Positions 1 through 8,541 of a DNA stretch of 60,664 nucleotides are shown here, piece by piece. The notes beneath the pieces were generated by a model, which saw nothing but the letters and a program-made list of their open reading frames with translations, was not told the origin of the DNA and did no database searches. Position 1 is the first letter of the stretch. Every line of letters starts with the position of its first letter. Both the position numbers and the translations under genes were made by a program. This stretch comes from an uncultured Lachnospiraceae bacterium (lineage in GTDB: Bacteria; Bacillota; Clostridia; Oscillospirales; CAG-272), in assembly GCA_964569225.1 (NCBI GenBank), contig CAZMTU010000003.1, positions 1 through 60,664 of the forward strand, read 5' to 3'.

Positions 1-55
1 AGAGCGCATGATTTTTTCCGTATGATTTATCTACCTTTTCAAAATGAAGTGTCAT
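1..55 (-). CDS. ABC transporter ATP-binding protein, N-terminal fragment running off the left edge
   Basis: Minus-strand ATG at 53-55 is preceded by AAGGAGG (61-67). The translation MTLHFEKVDKSYGKNHAL looks like the first strand of ABC ATPases. Only 18 codons are visible. Confidence 0.4.
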   Translation of the reverse strand, partial: MTLHFEKVDKSYGKNHAL

Positions 56-99
56 TTTTGCCTCCTTATTCGCTGTTCTTTAATCTTTTATATATTTGC

Positions 100-2463
100 T
101 TACTTGCAAAAACGCTTATAAGCGCGAGAGATCAACAGAAGCATCACAGCGCCCCATGCAAGCATTATGAATACAAGTCCTCCAAGCCCACCCCATTTAG
201 TTGATAATAAATAAAGGCGGTCTGCCGACAGCATAGCAGTAACATCCACTACTTCGAAGAGATTCAATCCCAGCCCGTTTAATAGATAGGGGATAAAGAG
301 AAGCAGCGTCGCACCTGCCGCAGTCCATTCGGACCGCAGACACCCTGACAGCGAGGCAATCAGAAGCCCGAACAGCGTATAAGCCAGCATGCGAAGGATA
401 ACCAGCAGAATCAAATAGTGCCCGACTGTTAAACCGCTGGCAGTATTGCTGTAGGTCGTCACAGTAAAAAGGGGAGAATCCACACAGGCCATATCATAAT
501 TCGCAAATGCCAATCCCATATCAATCAGTGTAAACACCAGCGACAGTATGATAGAAATTCCTGTCACTAAAGCCGCCTTCGTCAGGAAAACCTGGTTTCG
601 TCCCCGCTTAGTGCTGCGAAGGAGCGGCATAAAGTTCGATTCGTACTCTTTTGCATAAACCCCGCAATACAGCAGCAGGAAAATGATTATCAAAATCGCT
701 TCAAAATCGCTGTCAAGGAGCCTTTGAACTCCCGTACTAAAGACCGGTTTAGCGGATATGCCGGTTTCCGCCTCTTTTTCAATCAGGTATTCCAACTCGC
801 CCTTAAAGGATGTAAGCGTTTTTGTGTAGGTTCGCGCATCATTTAGCTCATTGCGATAAGCGATGTATTCCTCCCGCGTGATCTCATCATTGATTCGCTT
901 GACCGCCATGGCGTTTACATAGGCTTCCGAAGAAATCTCTGTATAGTAGTTGAGCCGTTCACTTACTGCTTCATAGGTTTCCGCCAGCGTCATCTCTTTG
1001 TACTGTTCCATATAAAGCAGTTTGGTTTCATCCAAATAAGTAAGCTGTCCATCAAATGCAGAAACCGACAGGAAAATCTTTAGCCCAATTAAAAGAATGC
1101 AAAGAAGACTCAGTATAAGAGAAAGGTTTTTTCGCCGTTCGCAGGCGGCTATTGACAGCGGCCGTATGTTCAAATGGGGAAGCTTTTCCGCTATTCTCGC
1201 GATTTTTTCAGGCAACCTGCCCGCTTTTGACGAGGATACGCCAATTCCCCATTTGCTCCAGATAATCCAGCCGGCTACGGCAAAAAGGCTCAGCAGGCAA
1301 AATAGCAGGATCGCCAAGAGGATGAGCTGAGACACGGGATGCGATCCGACATGAACCGCGCGCCACTGTCCCACCAGTATCTCCGCCGAAGCAGCGGTAA
1401 AAATGTTTACATATTTTCCGAAATTGGGATTCCCGTAATGAAACTGATAATAGAATCCCCCCACCAGCACCGCTGCCGTCAACATGGCGCCCAAAGAACG
1501 GCGATAAATCAGCGAACAGCCGGCAGTCAACAGACAAATGGCGTATGCCGCCAGTACCGTTACCCCCATGGTCAGCAGCAAACAAGTGAGCATATTTAAG
1601 GGATACGGACAGTAGAACATGGCGTCAATTTGCTGTACCGAATTAAAGGGGGATGAAAATCCCACCCTCCATCCGATCACCGCCATAGAAGAGAAGGTAA
1701 ATAAAAGGGTTATCAAAACAGCAAGAAGAAATGCGGAAAACAGCTTAACCGCCGCCTGCCTGCCCCTGCCTCGGCGAGTAGTACGAAGAAGCAAATGCAT
1801 TCCGCTATCCCGTTCGGTAATGAACAGACGGCCGCCGATGAAGAGGGCGGCAAGGATGATGAACAGTCCCGTTCCACTGTACGCGAATAGGATATCCCAA
1901 CCATAAGCATAGCCTTCTTCTATTTTTACCGTATCCCGCGCGTTGGTGTACACTTCCACATAACGCAGCAAATAGCGATAAACGTAAGAGTCGGTATCAT
2001 AGCCGTTGACCCGGTAACTCAGCAATGTGCGGACAGCGGTATCCATATCAGAATCAATCTGTTCCCGATATTCTTCATCACTAAGCACACGTTTTAAATA
2101 AGCGTCGATCAGTTCATAGTCATTCCATCCCTCAAAATAAGTGGAAGGAATATTCGGATCTTCTGGCTCCTCAACAACCGTTTCGCCTCTATTCGGACCG
2201 CGTTTTGAATCGATCCATGCCTGGACCGCTTCTTTATATGCTTCGTATTCATCCTTATACAGATAATAGGCTTCAAGCACACTCGCCTGATCATCCTGAT
2301 ATGCTTTATCTGCCGCTTTCATGGCCGGCAGAATATCAATCCCCGATCGGTTGCCTATAACATAGTAGCAAAATGCCATATTAAGCAATAGCAGTAACGC
2401 CAAAATACCCCACATAAGCTTGCCGGTCAGCTGTTTACGAATTTCATATAGACAAAATTTCAA
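100..2463 (-). CDS. Large 12-TM membrane protein, apparently a fused double ABC-2-type permease-like module
   Basis: 787-aa ORF with a TTG start preceded by AAAGGAGGAGG. It has two similar halves, each with 1 TM, a long charged extracytoplasmic segment and 5 TM. An ABC ATPase start lies directly downstream. Confidence 0.6.
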   Translation of the reverse strand: MKFCLYEIRKQLTGKLMWGILALLLLLNMAFCYYVIGNRSGIDILPAMKAADKAYQDDQASVLEAYYLYKDEYEAYKEAVQAWIDSKRGPNRGETVVEEPEDPNIPSTYFEGWNDYELIDAYLKRVLSDEEYREQIDSDMDTAVRTLLSYRVNGYDTDSYVYRYLLRYVEVYTNARDTVKIEEGYAYGWDILFAYSGTGLFIILAALFIGGRLFITERDSGMHLLLRTTRRGRGRQAAVKLFSAFLLAVLITLLFTFSSMAVIGWRVGFSSPFNSVQQIDAMFYCPYPLNMLTCLLLTMGVTVLAAYAICLLTAGCSLIYRRSLGAMLTAAVLVGGFYYQFHYGNPNFGKYVNIFTAASAEILVGQWRAVHVGSHPVSQLILLAILLFCLLSLFAVAGWIIWSKWGIGVSSSKAGRLPEKIARIAEKLPHLNIRPLSIAACERRKNLSLILSLLCILLIGLKIFLSVSAFDGQLTYLDETKLLYMEQYKEMTLAETYEAVSERLNYYTEISSEAYVNAMAVKRINDEITREEYIAYRNELNDARTYTKTLTSFKGELEYLIEKEAETGISAKPVFSTGVQRLLDSDFEAILIIIFLLLYCGVYAKEYESNFMPLLRSTKRGRNQVFLTKAALVTGISIILSLVFTLIDMGLAFANYDMACVDSPLFTVTTYSNTASGLTVGHYLILLVILRMLAYTLFGLLIASLSGCLRSEWTAAGATLLLFIPYLLNGLGLNLFEVVDVTAMLSADRLYLLSTKWGGLGGLVFIMLAWGAVMLLLISRAYKRFCK

Positions 2464-2593
2464 GTGAACCTCCTCCTTTCATAAGTGTTACATAGGAAAG
2501 AAGCACTGCTATCAACGGCATCGGCAGTTTCCTGTGCCGAATAATCGCTGTTGCGCCCATATTTAAATTCACTTACGATCTAACCGTTGTACC

Positions 2594-3955
2594 TCAGGTG
2601 GCATAGATCTGATACAGCGCCCCCGTTTCAAAATCGTAAAGAGTAAAATAAGTTGCTCCGTCATTCATTGTAAGGTCATATCCCTTATCGGCTATCGGCC
2701 GAATATGGGATATGATATACCGCTCACTAATAATATCGTTTTCACCGCCTTCAAACAGAAGTCCCGAATCGCTGACCACATCAGTAGTTTCAAGAGTCAT
2801 CAGATCAACCACGCAAAACCGGCCATTATTAAAATTATAATAATAATCGTTGGATTTTTCCCCGTAATCCATGGGCGTAAAATAGAACTTGTTCCCGGCG
2901 ATCCCAAAATCGCACAACTCAAAAATACCTTCGGCTACCAGTTCCCCTTCCCCCTGCGGGTTATCCAGCGATACTCGGCGGATATTGTAGCGGAACGGCT
3001 CGATCGTCTGGGTATCATTGATCCACATGGGTATTTCCTCGTAATCGGCACGGTAATAGATATATCCGTTATCTATAAACATACCGATCGTTTCTTCTGC
3101 TTCGCTGACCGTAACAAGTTCAGGCGGCGTAAAGATCGGCTCGCTGGTTTGCAATTCTCGTCCGACCCGGTACAGCGTTCCGTCTGTCCAGCCGCTGACA
3201 TAGATAAACTCCCCGTCCGCGTATATCAGCTCTATTCGTCCGGTTCCCAGCGCAAGCGTATGGACCTCTTTAGTGGATTTATGGATCTCATACAGCTCGT
3301 AGCTGTTCACAGCGCTCCACATCACAATATACAGATACTCTCCGTAGGACATCATCTGAACGGGCGAATTTGTAAATTCCGCCAGTGCTTCCCGCGTATT
3401 GCTCCCCGTATCATACCGGTAGAGCACATAGGGCTCCATACGTTCCCATGGATTTTCATCTATCAGCCAATTGTGTGTATGCGCGTAATATATAACAGGA
3501 TAGGAACCGCCGCTTTCATACGCGTCAAGCAAAAACTGCATATTAGAGCCGCCCACCCATCCGGGACAATCGACATTAATATTCATTGTTCCATGGTTAT
3601 GGTCATTAGACGGGCAAACGTGATAATGGGTAAGTCCCACATATTCGCTGGGATTTTCCCGCACATAGGTTGTCATATCCTTTTCCAATTCTGCCAGCGA
3701 TACATAACAAAGCTCAACATAGCTATTCAAAAAATACGCGTTGTTTTGATAGACGACCGGCGCGTCAAATATATAGGTGCTGAAGTAGGGCTTCAGAGAA
3801 TAATCGTAATTGCCGTAGTCCGTCTGAACATTGTTTTCTTTCTCCTCTTCAATATCCACTAAATCTTCAATTTTTTTGTATTTACACGATACTGCCAGCA
3901 AAGACGTCAAGAGGACTGCCGCCAATGCGAGCATAGTCAGAATGCGTTTCATCAT
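2594..3955 (-). CDS. Lipoprotein of unknown function (Tyr-rich, beta-propeller/DUF5050-like by eye)
   Basis: The ORF track begins at 4042, but GGAGGAAAT precedes ATGATG at 3950-3955. Signal peptide with lipobox LLAVSC. Repetitive YIY/FYF segments. The function call is weak. Confidence 0.6.
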   Translation of the reverse strand: MMKRILTMLALAAVLLTSLLAVSCKYKKIEDLVDIEEEKENNVQTDYGNYDYSLKPYFSTYIFDAPVVYQNNAYFLNSYVELCYVSLAELEKDMTTYVRENPSEYVGLTHYHVCPSNDHNHGTMNINVDCPGWVGGSNMQFLLDAYESGGSYPVIYYAHTHNWLIDENPWERMEPYVLYRYDTGSNTREALAEFTNSPVQMMSYGEYLYIVMWSAVNSYELYEIHKSTKEVHTLALGTGRIELIYADGEFIYVSGWTDGTLYRVGRELQTSEPIFTPPELVTVSEAEETIGMFIDNGYIYYRADYEEIPMWINDTQTIEPFRYNIRRVSLDNPQGEGELVAEGIFELCDFGIAGNKFYFTPMDYGEKSNDYYYNFNNGRFCVVDLMTLETTDVVSDSGLLFEGGENDIISERYIISHIRPIADKGYDLTMNDGATYFTLYDFETGALYQIYAT

Positions 3956-4010
3956 ATTTCCTCCTATAAAGCAAAGGGAGCGGTCTTCCGCTCCCTTTTT
4001 AGCGGTCAGG

Positions 4011-4577
4011 TTAATCGTTGAGATAATCGTGCCCATCGGCAAAAATTTCGCTCAGTGTTTTTTGAATGGTATGCGCGTATGTTTCGCCCGTAACAGAACT
4101 GGTATAAGCAATCGGCAAAATAGAGGAATTGGTAGACGCTGCTTTGGTTGATAAAGACGCCGACGATCTCACAGCGCTCGTTACCAGAGAGGTATTAAAT
4201 TCAAATGGGGCTTCATCTTGCGAATAGTAATAATCTTTATTCCCCTCTAAATAGCCCAATTTTTTACTGGTTGTGTTAAACTCGCTTCTCGTTGTATACC
4301 GAACATAAAAGCAAAGGTTCATATATAGATCATCGTTTGTAGGCACCGTACGGTCTGTGTAAATCTCTCCTTCCGTATACCCGATCTCAAAGGTCTGACC
4401 GGTGTGTTCAATGAAAAACTGATGCCCAAAATATGTATCGCTCGAATCATAGTGGTCATAGTAGAAACAGTAGGGCAAATTGATAGTATCTGCGGCAGAT
4501 GCCGGCAGTATAGCAGCGGCTGCCATTGCACAGATTCCCAGCGCGAAAACAGTTAAACGTTTAAATTTCTTTTTCAT
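4011..4577 (-). CDS. Secreted protein of unknown function
   Basis: 188-aa ORF with AAGGAGA 6 nt upstream of the ATG. The N-terminal signal peptide is MKKKFKRLTVFALGICAMAAAAILPASA. Co-directional with the two downstream genes. Confidence 0.65.
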   Translation of the reverse strand: MKKKFKRLTVFALGICAMAAAAILPASAADTINLPYCFYYDHYDSSDTYFGHQFFIEHTGQTFEIGYTEGEIYTDRTVPTNDDLYMNLCFYVRYTTRSEFNTTSKKLGYLEGNKDYYYSQDEAPFEFNTSLVTSAVRSSASLSTKAASTNSSILPIAYTSSVTGETYAHTIQKTLSEIFADGHDYLND

Positions 4578-4986
4578 TGTAAATCTCCTTGTTTATTAGA
4601 ATTATGTTTGATCGTGGACATCTTGGATTACATACACTAATACGGCAATACGGCGCTTTTACCGCAACACAATCATATCTATCATCACTCCGCTTCATCT
4701 GAGATGGATTTAAAAGTTAAATTTACCTTTTGTTTACGGTAAATCAGCGGTCTGATCAACATCGGGAGAAGGCACAAAAATTTAATTCTGGTTTAAGGTG
4801 TCTATTCCCCAATTTGTTTTTTTCACCAATTTATCATTTATATTATATAGCAATTATGCAATAATGTCAATGTTTTTTAAAGAATAATTCCACGAATTTC
4901 CATATTTTTTGTTTTTTGCCAGAATACGCTGAATTAAATTTAATGTTCATTTTTATCAGTAAAAAAGATTTCAGTTCTCTGCTCCA

Positions 4987-5026
4987 AATAAAATGGGACG
5001 CCCCAAGTATGGCGTCCCATTTTATT
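4987..5026. terminator. Orphan perfect 16-bp stem hairpin (AATAAAATGGGACGCC / GGCGTCCCATTTTATT) in an AT-rich spacer, possibly a bidirectional terminator
   Basis: Perfect inverted repeat with an 8-nt loop. A/T runs flank both sides. No gene ends directly at it. Confidence 0.4.
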
Positions 5027-5096
5027 CAGATATAGATTTGCCTCCTCAACATTTTGAGAACACCAAATAAAGCCGTTTTCCCCTTTTTCAAAAAAA

Positions 5097-5124
5097 GGAC
5101 TTTCATGAAAACACATGAAAGTCC
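5097..5124 (-). terminator. Intrinsic terminator of the IscU-like/GGGtGRT operon
   Basis: GGACTTTCATG / CATGAAAGTCC stem with a 6-nt loop. On the minus strand it is followed by TTTTTTTG, 17 nt after the stop codon. Confidence 0.7.
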
Positions 5125-5140
5125 CTAAGAAAACGGTATT

Positions 5141-6142
5141 TTAAGCCTTAAAAGCCTCTTCTACGGCAACCGCCACTGCAACAGTAGCGCCAACCATTGG
5201 GTTATTGCCCATGCCGATCAGACCCATCATTTCTACATGAGCGGGTACGGAAGAGGAACCGGCAAACTGAGCGTCAGAGTGCATACGGCCCATGGTATCG
5301 GTCATACCGTAAGAGGAAGGACCTGCGGCCATATTGTCAGGATGCAGTGTCCGACCGGTACCGCCGCCGGAAGCCACCGAGAAATACTTCACGCCGTTCT
5401 CAACACACCATTTTTTGTATGTGCCTGCAACAGGATGCTGGAAACGGGTGGGATTAGTAGAGTTGCCGGTAATGGAAACACCGACATTCTCCAACTTCAT
5501 GATCGCTACGCCTTCAGGTACATTGTCAGCGCCGTAGCACTTAACAGCCGAACGAGGACCGTTAGAGTAAGGCGTTTCGGAAACCACGGTAACGGTTTCA
5601 GTATAAGGATCAAAAGCGGTCTTTACATAGGTAAAGCCATTGATACGGGAAATGATAAACGCAGCGTCCTTGCCCAGACCGTTTAAAATAACCCGAAGGG
5701 GCTTTACACGAACCTTATTTGCATTGAGGGCAATTTTAATAGCGCCTTCAGCAGCGGCAAAGGATTCATGACCGGCAAGGAAGCAGAAGCATTCGGTTTC
5801 CTCAGAAAGGAGCATTTTACCCAGATTGCCATGACCAAGACCCACCTTACGGTTTTCAGCAACCGAGCCGGGAATGCAGAATGCCTGCAGACCGATGCCG
5901 ATGGCGGCAGCGGCGTCAGCAGCCTTGGTGCACCCCTGTTTAATAGCGATGGCGGCGCCTACGGTATATGCCCACTTAGCGTTTTCAAAGCAGATGGGCT
6001 GAGTTTCTTCAGTAATCTTATAGGGATCAATGCCCTTGGATGCGCAAATTTCCTTACATTCGTCAATGGAGGAAATGCCGTATTCTTTCAGTACGCCGAG
6101 AATTTTCGCCTCGCGTCTTTCGTAACCTTCAAACTGTGCCAT
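5141..6142 (-). CDS. GGGtGRT family protein (uncharacterised conserved family)
   Basis: 333-aa ORF containing the eponymous motif ASGGGTGRTLHPDN. GGAGGA lies 8 nt upstream of the ATG. The gene is 19 nt downstream of the IscU-like gene. Confidence 0.85.
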   Translation of the reverse strand: MAQFEGYERREAKILGVLKEYGISSIDECKEICASKGIDPYKITEETQPICFENAKWAYTVGAAIAIKQGCTKAADAAAAIGIGLQAFCIPGSVAENRKVGLGHGNLGKMLLSEETECFCFLAGHESFAAAEGAIKIALNANKVRVKPLRVILNGLGKDAAFIISRINGFTYVKTAFDPYTETVTVVSETPYSNGPRSAVKCYGADNVPEGVAIMKLENVGVSITGNSTNPTRFQHPVAGTYKKWCVENGVKYFSVASGGGTGRTLHPDNMAAGPSSYGMTDTMGRMHSDAQFAGSSSVPAHVEMMGLIGMGNNPMVGATVAVAVAVEEAFKA

Positions 6143-6161
6143 TTCGATATTCCTCCTCTAT

Positions 6162-6875
6162 TTATTCTTTACGGGGATCAATGTACTTAACAGCTTCATT
6201 AAATCTGCCGTAAGTACCCTTGGATTTTTCGTATGCTTCATTGGGTTCCATGCCCTTCTTAATGAAGTCGGTCATTTTGCCCAGCGACACGAATTCATAG
6301 CCGATTACCTCGTCATTGGCATCCAGCGCCATTCTGGTGCAGTAGCCTTCGGTCATTTCAAGGTAACGAACCCCCTTTTCCTTGGTGCCGTACATCGTAC
6401 CCACCATGGAGCGCGCTCCCTTACCGAGATCTTCCATTCCCGCGCCGATTACCAGACCGCCCTCAGAGAACGCGGACTGCGTGCGTCCGTAAACAATCTG
6501 GAGGAAAAGCTCGCGCATCGCGGTATTGATGGCGTCACATACAAGGTCGGTGTTCAGCGCTTCCAAAATGGTTTTGCCGGGCAGGATTTCTGCTGCCATC
6601 GCAGCCGAATGAGTCATACCGGAGCAGCCGATCGTTTCTATCAGCGCTTCTTCGATCACGCCATGCTTTACATTCAGCGAGAGCTTACAAGCGCCCTGCT
6701 GAGGCGCGCACCAGCCTACCCCGTGAGTATAACCGGAAATATCGGTAATCTGCTTTGCCTGAATCCACTGTCCTTCTTCAGGCAGCGGTGCAGGTCCGTG
6801 ATTAGGACCGTTTTTTACAGTACACATTTCAGCAACTTCTTTGCTGGTTCTGTACTCATAAGACTCATTGCTCAT
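6162..6875 (-). CDS. NifU/IscU-like Fe-S scaffold domain protein with N- and C-terminal extensions
   Basis: Start moved to MSNESY, with AAGGAGA 8 nt upstream. The core GWCAPQQGACKLSLNVKHGVIEEALIETIGCSGMTHSAAMAAEILPGKTILEAL follows the IscU pattern (C..D/C..KL..V....I..A.F.T.GC....AS). Confidence 0.7.
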   Translation of the reverse strand: MSNESYEYRTSKEVAEMCTVKNGPNHGPAPLPEEGQWIQAKQITDISGYTHGVGWCAPQQGACKLSLNVKHGVIEEALIETIGCSGMTHSAAMAAEILPGKTILEALNTDLVCDAINTAMRELFLQIVYGRTQSAFSEGGLVIGAGMEDLGKGARSMVGTMYGTKEKGVRYLEMTEGYCTRMALDANDEVIGYEFVSLGKMTDFIKKGMEPNEAYEKSKGTYGRFNEAVKYIDPRKE

Positions 6876-6897
6876 GTTATGTATCTCCTTTTGAAAA

Positions 6898-6942
6898 AAT
6901 ATTTCCAAATATTATTATACTATATAAAACCGCAAAAATCAA
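6898..6942 (-). promoter_or_regulatory. Putative sigmaA promoter (TTGATT-17-TATAAT) with an abutting 7-2-7 palindrome AATATTTGGAAATATT
   Basis: On the minus strand the -35 lies at 6937-6942 and the -10 at 6914-6919. The palindrome at 6898-6913 sits immediately downstream of the -10, which is an operator-like position. Confidence 0.45.
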
Positions 6943-6990
6943 GCAAATTTTGAGAAAAATATAGGTTTTTGGGGATTTTAACTCAAAAAT

Positions 6991-7024
6991 CCGGCTGCCG
7001 CAAATTTTCATTTGCAACAGCCGG
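6991..7024 (-). terminator. Intrinsic terminator of the VanY-like gene
   Basis: Imperfect hairpin CCGGCTG..GCAAA / TTTGC..CAGCCGG, followed on the minus strand by ATTTTTGAG. Confidence 0.6.
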
Positions 7025-7053
7025 AAAACTATTCCTGCGGTTTTTCGTAATTT

Positions 7054-8160
7054 TTAACTGAAGCAGGAGGAGTTGATAGCTACTACATAGCCGTTCAGGT
7101 TATTGCCGGAAATCCGGTAGCTGTGCTCATTGCCAATTACAGGAATGGAAGTGTTATCACCGGAGGATTTTACATAGTATACCCACCATTCCCAGCCGTA
7201 ACCGTCTGTAATCTTCATACGGTTTTCGTACGTGTAAACAGTGATGGCGCTGAGATACTGGGACAGATCGAATTTGTATTTATTCATCACAGCCGCATGA
7301 GCTGCCCCTACAAACCGGAAAGTAGAATACTTCTCATCAGACCGATCAATATCCCGTACATGCACAAAGCCGTACTTCCAGCAATTCGCGATAAACCAGT
7401 CGTAATACTCAGACTTCATAGTTTCATAATTCAAAGGATAAGTGCCTTTTCCGGTCCGGAAGATTTCCAGATCAAGATAATAGCCGGTGGCATGCTCCAC
7501 TGACTCTTCATCCCCCGCAACACCTGTATAATAATATGCATTGCGCACCTGAACATCGGTGTGCCCGCTTGCAGCCGCGAAATCCTTCATCATTTCCCCG
7601 AAATAAGCAACCGCTTCACTGTTGGCAAAACGATTAGAGCCTGCAAGTACATAGTTGCCGGTTCCGCCGGTCATCTTGACAAAGCCATAGTCCTGCAAAA
7701 GCTTATCTGCCGAGAGCTGCGCCATTGCGGAACGGGTAATCAATAAGGAAGGGTCTTTCTGGTAACCGTGCGTGCTGTCTAACATTAGCAACGAGCCTTC
7801 ATTCATTGCCTCCTTGCTTACTGATACTTGCGTTTCAGTAGGTGAAACCTTCACCGGCGTTTTAGAGGGCGTATCAGGCGTGTCAGGATCGTCGGTCACA
7901 TCGGGCGACAGAGTGGAAACTGACGGATCGTCAGTTCCAACAGGATCCGCCGTCGTGATAGAACCGTCGGTCGAAATCACGGGGTTCTGACTATTATCAG
8001 GCAAAAGCGTTGTTTGCGCCGGATTTTTAGATCGGGAAGATAGAATAAAAATGGTGGATATCAACACCACTACCACCAGCAGCACAAGTAAAACAGCGGC
8101 GATCAGAAAACCGGTAAATTTAGGCTTATAGACGTTTGTATCATTTGAATGCTCAGGCAT
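7054..8160 (-). CDS. Membrane-anchored M15B/VanY-like D-alanyl-D-alanine carboxypeptidase family protein
   Basis: N-terminal TM helix, a Pro/Thr/Asp-rich linker, then SVEHATGYYLDL (the S.H..G...D motif) and CWKYGFV. GGAGGG lies 6 nt upstream of the ATG. I could not see the distal EPWH-type motif. Confidence 0.6.
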   Translation of the reverse strand: MPEHSNDTNVYKPKFTGFLIAAVLLVLLVVVVLISTIFILSSRSKNPAQTTLLPDNSQNPVISTDGSITTADPVGTDDPSVSTLSPDVTDDPDTPDTPSKTPVKVSPTETQVSVSKEAMNEGSLLMLDSTHGYQKDPSLLITRSAMAQLSADKLLQDYGFVKMTGGTGNYVLAGSNRFANSEAVAYFGEMMKDFAAASGHTDVQVRNAYYYTGVAGDEESVEHATGYYLDLEIFRTGKGTYPLNYETMKSEYYDWFIANCWKYGFVHVRDIDRSDEKYSTFRFVGAAHAAVMNKYKFDLSQYLSAITVYTYENRMKITDGYGWEWWVYYVKSSGDNTSIPVIGNEHSYRISGNNLNGYVVAINSSCFS

Positions 8161-8335
8161 AAACGGCCCTCCTCAGTAAATGAATCAATTGCTTTGTAAA
8201 GTTATTATACACCCAACTTTATTAACAAATCAATAACCGGCTGGAAATTATCTGAAAAAAAGTTTATTTTTTTCCATGCTTTCCTATAATCCGAAATCAT
8301 TTTAAAGAGTCTGCCCCGTTTTTTCGTAAAAACTA

Positions 8336-8364
8336 TTGACAACCTGTTTTTTTTATGATAAAAT
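8336..8364 (+). promoter_or_regulatory. SigmaA promoter of the aro supraoperon (TTGACA-17-TAAAAT with extended TGn)
   Basis: TTGACA at 8336-8341, TG at 8356-8357 and TAAAAT at 8359-8364, about 220 nt upstream of aroF. Confidence 0.7.
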
Positions 8365-8401
8365 ATTTGCAAATATTATGTAGATAAGCTGGTAATTTAT
8401 T

Positions 8402-8482
8402 ATGAAGCGTTTTTTTCAGGCTGCATCCTATTATGTGTACTTTTATTTCTACCATGAAATAAAAGTTTTTTGTGTTGCCTGA
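8402..8482 (+). CDS. Candidate leader peptide MKRFFQAASYYVYFYFYHEIKVFCVA (5 Tyr + 5 Phe in 26 codons)
   Basis: ATG at 8402 to TGA at 8480-8482, read directly from the sequence. The run YYVYFYFY is encoded at 8429-8452. It lies between the promoter and a terminator. The Shine-Dalgarno is weak. Confidence 0.45.
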   Translation: MKRFFQAASYYVYFYFYHEIKVFCVA

Positions 8483-8511
8483 AATACTGTTCCTTATTAG
8501 ATAACCGTATT

Positions 8512-8541
8512 TTCCGCAGCAACGCCTGCGGAATTTTTATT
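8512..8541 (+). terminator. Intrinsic terminator/attenuator in the aroF leader
   Basis: TTCCGCAG caacgc CTGCGGAA (8-bp stem, 6-nt loop) followed by TTTTTATTGTT. It sits 45 nt upstream of the aroF ATG. Confidence 0.65.

Noticed and set aside
2705-3862. 385-aa plus-strand ORF nested antisense inside the lipoprotein gene
   Set aside because: It has no RBS. Its composition (Ile/Arg/His-rich, low complexity) is typical of the reverse frame of a Tyr/Asp/Asn-rich gene. The minus-strand ORF has a lipobox signal peptide and a good RBS.
4987-5047. Orphan GAGGAGG (minus strand, 5041-5047) followed by a 26-codon ORF starting inside the hairpin
   Set aside because: The Shine-Dalgarno sits 20 nt from the only ATG. 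The ORF lies within a perfect 16-bp stem and encodes nothing recognisable. It is probably a relic or coincidence, so only the hairpin is reported.
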